DNA of 64,000 nucleotides. Source: Nitrosopumilaceae archaeon (GTDB lineage Archaea; Thermoproteota; Nitrososphaeria; Nitrososphaerales; Nitrosopumilaceae). A program made the position numbers and the translations under genes. Location of the stretch: assembly GCA_965209085.1 (NCBI GenBank), contig OZ242376.1, positions 512,001 through 576,000 on the forward strand. Reading direction: 5' to 3'. The notes under the pieces were generated by a model. That model saw only the letters and a program-made list of their open reading frames with translations. It searched no databases and was not told the origin of the DNA. Shown here one piece after another: positions 19,830 through 30,303 of this stretch (its first letter is position 1; every line of letters starts with the position of its first letter).

Positions 19830-22379
19830 CTAGAAGAAGAAATCCTCAATACCTGTCTGTTTTGGCTTGCCCAATATCTCATCAAAATCTATTCCAAGCG
19901 AGGATGTTATCTGATCCAAAGTTGACTCCATAAATTCCATATATTTTTTATTGTCAATCTCTGATATCTTTGCCAACTGTATGGGCCGGACTCCAATTTT
20001 GGAGGTAATTTTCACATATGATATAATATCGCCTTTTTTGATATTTTTATCTGCATCTTCTTCAAGCTGTTTTGCAGCCCGTATATGCTGTGGTACAGTC
20101 TTTGTATACTCTGATGGCGCCTTGCTTAGCATAACATGAAATGCCAAATCATCTAGTGGAATCTCATGTGCTTCAAGTTTTTTAGCACATGCTAGAATCT
20201 TCTCCCCTATAATCCTCTTTGCCACTGTAAAGTCATTCTTATCTTGCACCTTTGATAATGCATCAGTTATCTCATAAAAGAGCGTCTTGATAAACGGCGG
20301 AGTGTGGGATTTTTTCCCAGTTAACCCCTTTATGTCCACTTTGCCTTTTTTTGTAACTCCAAGATAGTTTTTCTTGCGGTCGCTTAGCACGACATATCTG
20401 TACTCTTTATCCACCTCTAACTCTACACCGTGATCTTTTTTTGCCTCCTCAATCACTGTAGCAATCTGCTCTTGTGTGGGATTTTTAACAAACAGCGAGT
20501 CAGTATCCCCGTACAAGACTGTGATTCCGGCATTTTCGCATTTTTTTATCGTCTGTACAATAATGTGCCGGCCAACAGCCGTGGTGGCCTCAGCAGCGGG
20601 CAAAAAATACAGGGGAAATATTTCAGCTCCCATTACGCCATAGCTGGCATTGAGTATAACCTTGAGTGCCTGACTCACCACAGTATACTGCTGGCGCTGA
20701 TCTTCTGTAAGGGACTGATCATTTGAGAGATTTTTATAATAATTTACGCGTAAATCCCGCAAAGATCCAATCAAAAGCGACGTTATTCCGTTCTTTTTTG
20801 TACACGCCCAGTGTGTGGTATCCGGTATTGCATTTGTTTTGCACTCTTCATGCGGGCAGCGTACAGTCTCATAGGAGAGATTTTTGACCTTTATAATGCT
20901 GGGGTATAGGCTTGCAAAATCCATCACCGTAACATCAAAATGCACCCCCTGTTTTGGATCCACCACAAGACCGCCGCGGTATTTTTTATTCTTAATTACC
21001 GCAGTATTGCTTACCCCTGATGATTTTTTTTCAAGCTCCTCTCTTCTTGGAATCAGCGCATTGCGCTGCCTGTGCTCGTAATACAAGAGACTGCGTATCC
21101 ACTGCGAGACACCCATCCTTGCAATATCATCAATGGGCATCCGTCCTATGCGGCCTATGACTATAAGCAGATTCATCAGCACATCGCTGTTAAACGTGGT
21201 AAGTGCCAAAGTTATCCTTGCATCATTGTAACAGTAATGTGCAAGCTGGTTTAATTCTAGTTTATCAAGCGCTATTCCATAGTCTATTTTTTCCTCATTT
21301 AGAAGCGCCTTTGTAACACTATTCAGGGAAAAATCCGAATACTTTGCACTAAACGCGTATATCTGAAAAGAACGGTTTGAAAACGTCCTGTACAGGTCTA
21401 TGTGCACGCCGACATTTAGCGTTGCTGAATCCCTCAGCATGTGGAACGGATTTTCAGTATCTGCTATTCCAAGACGTTTTGCCCTGTTATACAGATACGG
21501 CATGTCAAAATCATCCCCGTTGTATGTAAGCACTATGGGATATTCGCATATAAGATCAAAGGCATCCTCTAAAAGTTTCTTCTCATCATCATAAAAGACC
21601 ACCTGCACATCATCGGGAAGTCTTTTCTGCCCTTCTGTATGATCCCGCATCCTGAGCACAAAGACCTTGCTCATCCCGTCGTTTCCTGCAAAACCAATTG
21701 CCGTGACTATCTTTTCTGCAATCTTTGGGTCAGGAATGCGACCTATCACACTCTCCACTTCAATGTCAAAGCTTAGGCGGCGCATGAAGGGTATGGGCTG
21801 ATTTAACAGATTTGCCCACTCTGTGGTGTATTTTTTAAACTCATCATAATCTACGACATTTTCCCCTGAAATTTTATCCAAAAGCAAAGTCTGAAGCGAT
21901 GAGCGAATCTCTTTTGGTATCTCCATCTCATGCGGGGAGATCTTGCCATCCTGTATGGAATAATATTTTCCAACTATTAATTTTGAATCATAAAGATAGT
22001 TTTCATAATATTTTATGTCCGATTCCCACGTATCCATGTTATTCCTAATACTTTTGCTGTTCATGGTGCCGCCTATTGCAAGAGGGTCAGCAACTGTGAT
22101 CTTTGAGAGCTCTGTAATCTTATCTTGCAGCATATCCATGCGGGATACGGTATCAATGGATAAAACATCGTCCCTCTCGTCAAGAAAAGAGAGATCACTT
22201 TTACTCAATCTGGAATAACAGTACGGCTTGTGACCGCTCTCATCCTTCCAGAGAATGAGTTTTTGCGTTTCTGGCACGTAAAATTTCAATACTGCACTTT
22301 TATTTGGACCATCGTATGCTGCAGAAATCAGCATGGATGGGGGAACTGTTTTGCTGTATTCAGAATCTTTCACGCTCAA
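19830..22379 (-). CDS. polB: Family B DNA polymerase (archaeal PolB1)
   Basis: FDIE, YNGDDFD, DFASLYPS, KVILNASYG, YGDTDS. Confidence 0.97.
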   Translation of the reverse strand: MSVKDSEYSKTVPPSMLISAAYDGPNKSAVLKFYVPETQKLILWKDESGHKPYCYSRLSKSDLSFLDERDDVLSIDTVSRMDMLQDKITELSKITVADPLAIGGTMNSKSIRNNMDTWESDIKYYENYLYDSKLIVGKYYSIQDGKISPHEMEIPKEIRSSLQTLLLDKISGENVVDYDEFKKYTTEWANLLNQPIPFMRRLSFDIEVESVIGRIPDPKIAEKIVTAIGFAGNDGMSKVFVLRMRDHTEGQKRLPDDVQVVFYDDEKKLLEDAFDLICEYPIVLTYNGDDFDMPYLYNRAKRLGIADTENPFHMLRDSATLNVGVHIDLYRTFSNRSFQIYAFSAKYSDFSLNSVTKALLNEEKIDYGIALDKLELNQLAHYCYNDARITLALTTFNSDVLMNLLIVIGRIGRMPIDDIARMGVSQWIRSLLYYEHRQRNALIPRREELEKKSSGVSNTAVIKNKKYRGGLVVDPKQGVHFDVTVMDFASLYPSIIKVKNLSYETVRCPHEECKTNAIPDTTHWACTKKNGITSLLIGSLRDLRVNYYKNLSNDQSLTEDQRQQYTVVSQALKVILNASYGVMGAEIFPLYFLPAAEATTAVGRHIIVQTIKKCENAGITVLYGDTDSLFVKNPTQEQIATVIEEAKKDHGVELEVDKEYRYVVLSDRKKNYLGVTKKGKVDIKGLTGKKSHTPPFIKTLFYEITDALSKVQDKNDFTVAKRIIGEKILACAKKLEAHEIPLDDLAFHVMLSKAPSEYTKTVPQHIRAAKQLEEDADKNIKKGDIISYVKITSKIGVRPIQLAKISEIDNKKYMEFMESTLDQITSSLGIDFDEILGKPKQTGIEDFFF

Positions 22380-22924
22380 CTGCTGGCACCTTTGATGAGC
22401 TTTGATACCCAGTGGGATATCTTTGCTGAATCAATAATGTCAACTTTTACACCGGCATCCTCTAGCAGCGAATAATCTGTCTCCGGATATTTCCCCATGC
22501 AGACAAACCGCCGTATGCCGATGGTTATTGCCATTTTACTGCATTCAAGGCAGGGAACAAGTGTCGTGTACAAAATTGAGCCCTCTGTCCCTGCCCCGAT
22601 TCCCATTATGGCACAGTGCATTATCGCATTTGCCTCTGCATGATTGCATAAACAGCGGTCAAGTCCTTCACCGGAAGCGATTTTTCCACTAGCCCTATCC
22701 TGGCATCTTTTGCATCCGCCCTCGTAGCAGTTTTTCACTCCAGGAGGGGTTCCGTTGTATCCGGTGGCAAGCTGCCTGTTTTTTTTCACAATTACTGCAC
22801 CCACCTTGCGAATCATACAGTTTGATCGAAGCTTTGCAAGCTCTGCCTGTAGCATAAAATATTCATCCCAGTCTGGTCTTTCAAACTCTGACAATACTGG
22901 TAAGAATGCGTATTTGTATATCAT
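22376..22924 (-). CDS. dCMP deaminase
   Basis: RPDWDEYFM, ATGYNG, HAEANAI, PCLEC. Confidence 0.93.
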   Translation of the reverse strand: MIYKYAFLPVLSEFERPDWDEYFMLQAELAKLRSNCMIRKVGAVIVKKNRQLATGYNGTPPGVKNCYEGGCKRCQDRASGKIASGEGLDRCLCNHAEANAIMHCAIMGIGAGTEGSILYTTLVPCLECSKMAITIGIRRFVCMGKYPETDYSLLEDAGVKVDIIDSAKISHWVSKLIKGASS

Positions 22925-23019
22925 TGTAGTGTTAGAGTAGAAATATTGTATCTGATCCCATGTGTGTAATTCTATGTTTTGAAGGCTATACGCAAATCTG
23001 ATATGGATTTAATAATTCT

Positions 23020-23090
23020 AGATATAATCGTTCAAATCGGTCATTTTTGCTCGTAAAAATTGTGAATTTGATCAATTATGCATACGGTCT
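23020..23090 (-). mobile_element. Degenerate MITE (family of 56868-56945)
   Basis: Reverse-complement match to the 56868 element; ends ATTATGCATACGGTCT; left end eroded. Confidence 0.75.
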
Positions 23091-23159
23091 ATCGTATAAA
23101 TTTTAAGAATGATTGGCTCCCTCTAAAACATATCGGAATATTAATTAATTCCAACCTAT

Positions 23160-23675
23160 TTGATAAAAATGAATCTATCTATGAACAAACCTAAAATGAA
23201 TAAAAAAATACAGTCAGAATCAAATAGAAAATCTGAACCTTCTATAGAACATAACTTCGATTCTGATATACTTTTTAATATTAAAAAATATCTGAAAAAG
23301 AAATACCAGATACCGATAAACCAAATAAAAATAGACCACAGTATAAAATTTACAGCCAAGGGTTATGAAATATTGGGAAAGATGAATAATATTGAAATTT
23401 CAAACACTGCAAAATTAAACCCGGTGCATACCCCGGATATCATCATAACCGACAAAAATAAAATAGTACTCATAATTGAACAAGACGGCAAGATCCATGA
23501 ATCTGAAAAAGTTATAAAAAAAGATTATAATAGAAACAGACACTACACTAAAGCAGAAATACCATTCATTATAATTAATTCTGAAAAACTCCGATTGATG
23601 AAAAAAACATGCCAGACATATTTGGAGGAAGAATTAAAAAAATATGATCATGAACTATATTCCCTTAATCAATAG
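23160..23675 (+). CDS. DUF559/Vsr-like PD-(D/E)xK endonuclease
   Basis: PDIII...IIEQDGKIH...KDYNRN. Confidence 0.75.
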   Translation: MIKMNLSMNKPKMNKKIQSESNRKSEPSIEHNFDSDILFNIKKYLKKKYQIPINQIKIDHSIKFTAKGYEILGKMNNIEISNTAKLNPVHTPDIIITDKNKIVLIIEQDGKIHESEKVIKKDYNRNRHYTKAEIPFIIINSEKLRLMKKTCQTYLEEELKKYDHELYSLNQ

Positions 23676-23750
23676 ACCGTATGATAACTGATAAAATTCG
23701 TAATTTTTACAAATAAAAATGACTGATTTGAATGATCATACATACGATCT
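23674..23750 (+). mobile_element. Degenerate MITE, 77 bp
   Basis: AGACCGTATG-ATAA...ATCATACATACGATCT; interior matches the 56868 copy. Confidence 0.8.
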
Positions 23751-23939
23751 AACAACCTGCAAATTAACAACATGTGTGATTTTTCAAGTAGATAATCTGA
23801 GAAAATATAGAATTTCTAATATCTGAAACGATTCGTATCTGTAACCTAGATCATGATTTTATGCCTACAGTTTACGCATTGATGGTACGGCGAGGTAGAA
23901 TGCGACATATTTTTAACATTCAGAGGGTATGATCATATT

Positions 23940-24950
23940 GTGGATGATGATAACCTACGTGTACGCTTTAACTCTATAATGACAAAGGGTGCCAAAACAA
24001 ACACGTACAAATTTGCACTAGCAAAATTCATGCTAGAATATACTGACAAATTCACACACTCACAGCTGCTCAACATGGCCGATCACAACCAGCCTGCAAA
24101 GGTCGATTATTCTGATACTGCCATGGAATTTTTAAAATATTACTGGCACCAGGAATGCAAATACCGGATACGTCAAAATTCCGATCCAAGCAGACTGCCG
24201 TATGTAATCAGCATTATCCGAGAAGAGTTTGATGAGGCAGATGCTAAAAAGTCATTCTCTGAGATATCCTACGAGAAAAAACTCAAAGCCGCTGAGCGCA
24301 TAAAATCAAAAGTATTTGGCAAAGGCCAGTATTCTCACGTGGTTCCGCGATTTCAAAACCTCAAAAACAATACTGAGAAAAACATCTTTTATGATTATGA
24401 TTCAAAACACATGCTGATTCATCCTGAATCTTTGCTGTTTTTTAAAAACAACAAGCACTGCCTTTTGAAAACTGTTGTTCTTGAATGGTCAAAATTTCTT
24501 GAAAAACGAAACAACATACCAATGCTGATAGCAAAAATAGAAAATGACCGGGCAAAAAGAGGGACGCTTTTAAAATACAAAAAAATGTTTGAGACAAGTT
24601 TCTGTAAATGCTTTTACTGTGAATCCCGTTTGCAAAAGAAATTTGTACATGTGGATCATTTCATACCATGGTCATTCATACCCGAAGATGAGGCATGGAA
24701 TCTTGTACTTGCATGCAACGAGTGCAATTGTAAAAAAAGCGACTCGCTTGCACAAAAATCATACCTGACCTCCCTTATCGACCGCAACTATCAGTATGGG
24801 TCGGAGATAAGGGATCTTGCAAAATCCCTGCACAATTTGAACGCTGATGCAAAAACTGTGATAAATTCCACGCGTACGTGGGAATCTGAAATCCTCTCAA
24901 GATATAAGAACTGTAAAAACCACGGCTTTACTATGGTTCAGATGCCATAG
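23940..24950 (+). CDS. HNH endonuclease (restriction-like)
   Basis: TNTYKFAL N-terminal domain; CFYC...HVDHFIPWS...WNLVLACNECNCKK. Confidence 0.9.
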   Translation: MDDDNLRVRFNSIMTKGAKTNTYKFALAKFMLEYTDKFTHSQLLNMADHNQPAKVDYSDTAMEFLKYYWHQECKYRIRQNSDPSRLPYVISIIREEFDEADAKKSFSEISYEKKLKAAERIKSKVFGKGQYSHVVPRFQNLKNNTEKNIFYDYDSKHMLIHPESLLFFKNNKHCLLKTVVLEWSKFLEKRNNIPMLIAKIENDRAKRGTLLKYKKMFETSFCKCFYCESRLQKKFVHVDHFIPWSFIPEDEAWNLVLACNECNCKKSDSLAQKSYLTSLIDRNYQYGSEIRDLAKSLHNLNADAKTVINSTRTWESEILSRYKNCKNHGFTMVQMP

Positions 24951-25022
24951 TGTAATTTACGTTCACTATTACAAAGCTAATTTTGTACAGCAAAGGTAAA
25001 AAGCATAAACTATTGCAATCAA

Positions 25023-26525
25023 ATGATGGCAGAGGAGCTGTATGTTGAGAAAAAATACATCAAAAAAGACACAGTAGAGCTGCGTGAGTATCAGGAACAG
25101 CTGGCCTTTCATGCAAAGGGGAAAAACACAATGGTGGTGCTGCCAACAGGTCTTGGAAAAACAGTGGTTGCACTGCATATTATCTCAGATCACCTTGAAA
25201 CAAAACAGACCCCCGTACTTTTTTTGGCACCCACCCGCGTACTGGTAGGACAGCACCAGAATTTTCTTTTGACAAAAAGCACGATTGCCGATGTTGGGAT
25301 GATAACTGGCGAGGATACAATTGAGAAAAGGCGCCGGCAGTGGGGTGCAAACAGCATAATGTGCGCTACGCCTGAAATTACGCGAAACGATCTTGCACGG
25401 GGGGTTATAAAACCCGAGCAGTTTGGACTGGTGATATTTGATGAGGCACACAGAACAGTGGGCGATTATGCATATACGAAAATTGCAGAATTATTGTTAC
25501 CACATGCTAGAATAATTGGAATGACTGCCACGCTTCCAAGCGAGGCTGCAAAGGCAAAAGAGATAATGTCAACTCTTGGCGTACAGGAAGTTGCATACCG
25601 GGACGAGCAGAGCCCTGATGTTGTACCGTACATACAGACGACCAACACTGAATGGATAAAGGTGGACCTTCCGCCCGAAGTTGAAACCGTCCGTATCCTA
25701 GTAAAGCGTGCACTACAGGCCAGGTATGATGCCCTGCAAAGGTGCGGCGTAAAGGTGGATGGAATGTCACTCTCAGCGCTTTTGCGTCAGAGACCGTACG
25801 TTTTGTATCGTAACCGCAAGGGTGCAAAACCGCTGTTCATGGCAATACGCATAACGTATGCGCTGAACATTTTAGAGGCTCATGGAATCACGCCGTTTTT
25901 AAAATTCTGTGAGAGATCTATGAAAAAACCCGGAGCCGGTGCAAAGGAACTCTTTGAGGCTGATCCAGACTTTGTCCCCGCATTGGCGCGGGCAAAAGAG
26001 GCAAAGGCAAAGGGCATAGAGCACTCTAAAATCCCAAAACTGTTGGAATTGTTGTCAAATCTTGACGGCAAGGCGCTGATATTTTCAAGCTATAGGGATT
26101 CAGTTGAGATGATTCGTGAAAATTTGACATCTGCTGGAATTGAATCCGGCTTCCTCATAGGTAAAGCGGGCAAGGATGGGTTGAAACAGAAACAACAGAT
26201 AGAAACTGTGGAAAAATTCCGCGGCGGCGAGTACAATGTGCTGGTCTCAACGCGTGTGGGGGAGGAGGGACTAGACATATCAGAGGTAAACCTGGTGATA
26301 TTTTACGACAATGTTCCAAGCTCTATACGGTTTGTACAGCGCAGGGGGCGGACTGGGAGAAAAAATGCTGGCCGGCTGGTTGTTTTAATTGCAAACAAGA
26401 CCATCGATGAGGCATATTACTGGATAGGGCAGCGCAAGATAAAACAAGCTGGAGGCATGGGTGAAAAGATGGTAAAACATGTGGCAGATAATCCTAGTCC
26501 GAATGTACTTGATGCGTACGTTTAG
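25023..26525 (+). CDS. Hef/FANCM-like DEAH helicase (no nuclease domain)
   Basis: REYQ, LPTGLGKT, DEAHR, GMTAT, VGEEGLDI, QRRGRTGR. Confidence 0.93.
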   Translation: MMAEELYVEKKYIKKDTVELREYQEQLAFHAKGKNTMVVLPTGLGKTVVALHIISDHLETKQTPVLFLAPTRVLVGQHQNFLLTKSTIADVGMITGEDTIEKRRRQWGANSIMCATPEITRNDLARGVIKPEQFGLVIFDEAHRTVGDYAYTKIAELLLPHARIIGMTATLPSEAAKAKEIMSTLGVQEVAYRDEQSPDVVPYIQTTNTEWIKVDLPPEVETVRILVKRALQARYDALQRCGVKVDGMSLSALLRQRPYVLYRNRKGAKPLFMAIRITYALNILEAHGITPFLKFCERSMKKPGAGAKELFEADPDFVPALARAKEAKAKGIEHSKIPKLLELLSNLDGKALIFSSYRDSVEMIRENLTSAGIESGFLIGKAGKDGLKQKQQIETVEKFRGGEYNVLVSTRVGEEGLDISEVNLVIFYDNVPSSIRFVQRRGRTGRKNAGRLVVLIANKTIDEAYYWIGQRKIKQAGGMGEKMVKHVADNPSPNVLDAYV

Positions 26526-26818
26526 GCCAATCGCTTTATCACGTGGTATCCAAACTCGCTTTTTACCGGCTCTGATATCTGACCCACTTGGAGCTTGAAT
26601 GCTACCTCTTCAAACGGTTTTACCATTACACCGCGTCCAAAGTATCCCAAATTTCCATCACGTTTTGCGCTTCCTGAATCAATGGACTTGCTTTTGCACA
26701 GTGCGCCGAATTTTTCTCCCTTGTTTACCAGATCGAGTATCTCTTGCGCTTCGCTGAGTTTTTTGACCAGTGCGTGTGAGCATTTTATCTTTGAGGACAT
26801 GAATGTACATGTGAGCAC
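26522..26818 (-). CDS. Parvulin peptidyl-prolyl isomerase
   Basis: CSHALVK, GNLGYF.RG.MVKPFE, SEFGYHVIKR; start likely at the second Met. Confidence 0.95.
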   Translation of the reverse strand: MLTCTFMSSKIKCSHALVKKLSEAQEILDLVNKGEKFGALCKSKSIDSGSAKRDGNLGYFGRGVMVKPFEEVAFKLQVGQISEPVKSEFGYHVIKRLA

Positions 26819-26882
26819 AGGGGTATATTGTCTTTGGCATATTCTTGGACATCTTTAAATAAAGATTTGAGAGGGTAAAACC

Positions 26883-27275
26883 ATGTCCAGTTATTTTACA
26901 ATAAAACAGGCAAACGATGCAATTCCACACGTAAAAGAAATGTACGCTCACATATTGGAATGCCAAAAAGTGATCATACGTGCGGAGCAAAATATAGCCA
27001 CCTCTAATGGTTCGCTTGCAGAATATGTACCATTAAAGCAAAAGCTAAATTCAGCAGCTGCTGACTTTTACAAGGCGGTGGAAAAATTAGAGGCCACAGG
27101 CGTGCTTTTAAAAAGCATCGATGAGGGACTGCTTGACTTTCCTGCTCAAAGGTATGATGAGGAGATTTGGCTGTGCTGGAAGGCTGGCGAGGATGGCGTA
27201 AAATTTTGGCACGAGAAAGACTCTGGATTCGGAGGAAGAAAACCTCTGGAAATCAACGATGAATCGCTGGTATGA
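26883..27275 (+). CDS. DUF2203-family protein
   Basis: FT..QAN..IP, GLLDFP, LCWKAGE...FWH...GF.GRKP. Confidence 0.88.
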   Translation: MSSYFTIKQANDAIPHVKEMYAHILECQKVIIRAEQNIATSNGSLAEYVPLKQKLNSAAADFYKAVEKLEATGVLLKSIDEGLLDFPAQRYDEEIWLCWKAGEDGVKFWHEKDSGFGGRKPLEINDESLV

Positions 27276-28179
27276 TGTGCATCTAAAACCGTGGGTGCGG
27301 CTGATTCGGCCCAGATTTTTACTTGCATCAGTCATTGCAGTAATGGCCGGTATTGCAATTAGTTGGAATGATGGAATTGTTCCAAATCCGTACACTGCAT
27401 CTTTGACGATGCTTGGAGTTGTACTGCTTCATGCAAGTGTTGACATGTTAAATGATTACTGGGATTTCAAGCGGGGCATTGATACAAAGACAAAACGAAC
27501 ACCGTTTAGCGGAGGAACAGGAGTGTTACCTGAGAAAATTTTGAATGCTAAAGATGTGCGTATAGTGGGTCTTGGGTTACTTGCTGCTGGTGCATCAGTT
27601 GGAGCGTACTTTGTGATTACCTCTGGACCTGTAATAGCTGTGTTGCTTGGATTTGCCATAGTTTCGATTTACTTTTACTCTACACGCATTGTTGATTCAG
27701 GACTTGCTGAAGTTTTTGTGGCAGTAAAGGGGACTATGATTGTTCTAGGTTCTGCGTTCATACAACAGGGTGCAATTACTATATCTGCAGCACATGCTGG
27801 AGTCGTACTTGGGATATTATCTGCAATGGTTCTTTTCGTTGCATCGTTTCCAGATTATGATGCAGACCGTGGCGGTGGGCGCCGGACGCTTGTTATAGTA
27901 CTTGGGAGGGGGCGTGCATCAAAACTTTACTGGTTGTTTTTGGCAGCATCGCATGCGGCACTTTTCTGCGGTGTATGGTCCGGTTCACTTCACCCCTGGT
28001 CGCTTGTATGCCTTGCAGTACTGCCTGTTGGAGTGGTTGCAGGATGGCGTCTTCGAGTGCATCATTCTTTGGAGAGTGTGGGTGGGATTTTAAAAAATGT
28101 GGTATTGTATGGGAGAATAACTGGAATATTGTTTGTGATTTCACTGCTGGCAGTTGTGTTGATTAATCCTGCACGATAA
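27259..28179 (+). CDS. UbiA/MenA-family prenyltransferase
   Basis: NDYWDFKRGID, PDYDADR.GGRRTL; multiple TM segments. Confidence 0.9.
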   Translation: MNRWYDVHLKPWVRLIRPRFLLASVIAVMAGIAISWNDGIVPNPYTASLTMLGVVLLHASVDMLNDYWDFKRGIDTKTKRTPFSGGTGVLPEKILNAKDVRIVGLGLLAAGASVGAYFVITSGPVIAVLLGFAIVSIYFYSTRIVDSGLAEVFVAVKGTMIVLGSAFIQQGAITISAAHAGVVLGILSAMVLFVASFPDYDADRGGGRRTLVIVLGRGRASKLYWLFLAASHAALFCGVWSGSLHPWSLVCLAVLPVGVVAGWRLRVHHSLESVGGILKNVVLYGRITGILFVISLLAVVLINPAR

Positions 28180-28326
28180 AAACGACAATATGCAAAAGAT
28201 ATATTGTTTTCATACAGGATGAGGCAATATTCGCCGATATCACAGATCCTAAGAACAAATATTGGTCCAAAGTGGAGTCTTGTTCTATGGGAGTCCGCAC
28301 CATAGTTTATAATTGTCTTATTTTAT

Positions 28327-30303
28327 TTGTACTTGTATATGATACCTAAACATGCTCAATTATTATTGCCGATTTTAAAATTATGTCATGATAATAAATT
28401 CATTGATAGAAAAAAAAATTTATTGTCATTATTATCCAATCAATTTAAACTAACATCTGAAGAAATAAATAAAACCAAAGGTAGTGGTGGTGAAACAACA
28501 TTTGAAAATAGAATAAGATTGGCTGTATTTCATTTAGATAAAGCTGAATTAATTACTATAAATGGTGATAAAATACGCATAACAAATAATGGAAATGATG
28601 TTTACGCAAAAAATTTAAAAACTATAAGTTTTAAATTTTTAAAATCTATTCCAAAATACATGAGTTGGTATACTCAATCAACATCTAGTAGTAAAACTTC
28701 TGACTCAAATGCAATAAATTATTACATCATTCAACCAGGTTTGAATGGAGAATATTGGAAATATTGGGTAAATGAAAAACGAATTGGCATAAATTATTGT
28801 GATATTCCAGATCTGTTGAAACTAGAATTTATACGTGAGAAATCTACTAATGTATCATTAATAGATGAAATTATTTCAAAACAATCTAGTAATTTAGAAA
28901 TAAAAAAACCAAAAACATTGAAATCTGCTATTGAACAATGTAAATTATTTTTCCAAATAAAAAAAAATGATAAAATAATTGCATTAAAAAACAATACTAC
29001 AATATTGGGCATAGGTGTTATTGTCGGTGATTATTTTCACAAATCTACAGACAAGCAATGTCATAACTATAATATAAAATGGATTGACACTAGAGCGAGA
29101 AAAATCAAAAAAATCCCTAATCGTAAAACAATACGAAAAATATCTAAATCAATATATGATAAATCAATAAAATCCGAATCAAATACAGAATTTGATGAAT
29201 ATGAAAAAATATTAGAATTTGAAAAACAGATTATATTTCATGGGCCACCAGGTACCGGAAAAACTTATACTGCAAAAAAAGTTGCAGAATACCTCACTAG
29301 GAAAAATATTGCACCAAGTATGACATGCATGGATGCAATAATTAAAATTTTAAAAAAATCAAATAAAGAAATGAATAATAAAGAAATACTCGAAGAAATT
29401 AAGAAACACAAGTTAATTAAAATCACTGGTTCTACACCTTATGATACTATCAGTGCCAGAATGGTGGAAGATATAAAACGTAAAGGAGGAGAATCATATT
29501 TCATAAGGACTAGACCTAGTTATTATAAATTAAATGATAACGTTTATGACCTTGATAACATAGAAAATAACGTTAAAGAAAAACAATTCATAAAATATAT
29601 TACATTCCATCAATCGTATTCATACGAAGAATTTATTGAAGGATTAAAACCCATATCTCATAACGGTAAAATTTCATATTTTATTGAATCTGGCATACTT
29701 CATAAATTTTGCGAATCTGCAAATGCTGATATCGATAATAAGTATGTACTAGTAATAGATGAAATAAATCGAGGAAATATTTCAAAAATATTTGGTGAGA
29801 TAATAACATTAATCGAATCGGATAAAAGAGAAAACATGGTATTACAATTACCGTATTCTAAAGAAAATTTCACTATGCCGAAAAATTTGTATATAATTGG
29901 TACTATGAACACAACAGATAGAAGTCTTACACAAATTGACACTGCACTACGAAGAAGATTTGCATTTCAAGAGTTATTGCCAAATTATCAACTAATTGAA
30001 TATAATATAGGTGGAATTGATCTACATCGTCTTTTAAAACATATTAATGAAAAAATAATCGATGAGGGTATTAGAAATAAACAAATCGGGCATTCATATT
30101 TTATGAATTTAAAAAATAACTGGGATCTGCAATATGTTATGATGTACAAAATAATTCCGTTATTACAAGACTATTTTTTTAATGATTATGAAATTTTAGA
30201 AAATATATTGAGTACCACATTTATTGATCGTAAAAATGAAAAAATAAATAAAATACAAGATCCAATTAAATTCTTTGAAGCTTTAAAAAATGTGTTAAAA
30301 TGA
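28327..30303 (+). CDS. mcrB: McrB-like AAA+ GTPase with Mrr-N wHTH and inserted HARE-HTH-like domain
   Basis: GPPGTGKT, TFHQSYSYEEFIEG, IDEINRGN, GTMNTTDRS, ALRRRF, IGHSYF. Confidence 0.9.
   Translation: MYLYMIPKHAQLLLPILKLCHDNKFIDRKKNLLSLLSNQFKLTSEEINKTKGSGGETTFENRIRLAVFHLDKAELITINGDKIRITNNGNDVYAKNLKTISFKFLKSIPKYMSWYTQSTSSSKTSDSNAINYYIIQPGLNGEYWKYWVNEKRIGINYCDIPDLLKLEFIREKSTNVSLIDEIISKQSSNLEIKKPKTLKSAIEQCKLFFQIKKNDKIIALKNNTTILGIGVIVGDYFHKSTDKQCHNYNIKWIDTRARKIKKIPNRKTIRKISKSIYDKSIKSESNTEFDEYEKILEFEKQIIFHGPPGTGKTYTAKKVAEYLTRKNIAPSMTCMDAIIKILKKSNKEMNNKEILEEIKKHKLIKITGSTPYDTISARMVEDIKRKGGESYFIRTRPSYYKLNDNVYDLDNIENNVKEKQFIKYITFHQSYSYEEFIEGLKPISHNGKISYFIESGILHKFCESANADIDNKYVLVIDEINRGNISKIFGEIITLIESDKRENMVLQLPYSKENFTMPKNLYIIGTMNTTDRSLTQIDTALRRRFAFQELLPNYQLIEYNIGGIDLHRLLKHINEKIIDEGIRNKQIGHSYFMNLKNNWDLQYVMMYKIIPLLQDYFFNDYEILENILSTTFIDRKNEKINKIQDPIKFFEALKNVLK

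Noticed and set aside
28273-28302. 30-bp TGGAGT...GTCCGCACCA resembling fused IS3 ends
   Set aside because: Too short and no convincing TSD.
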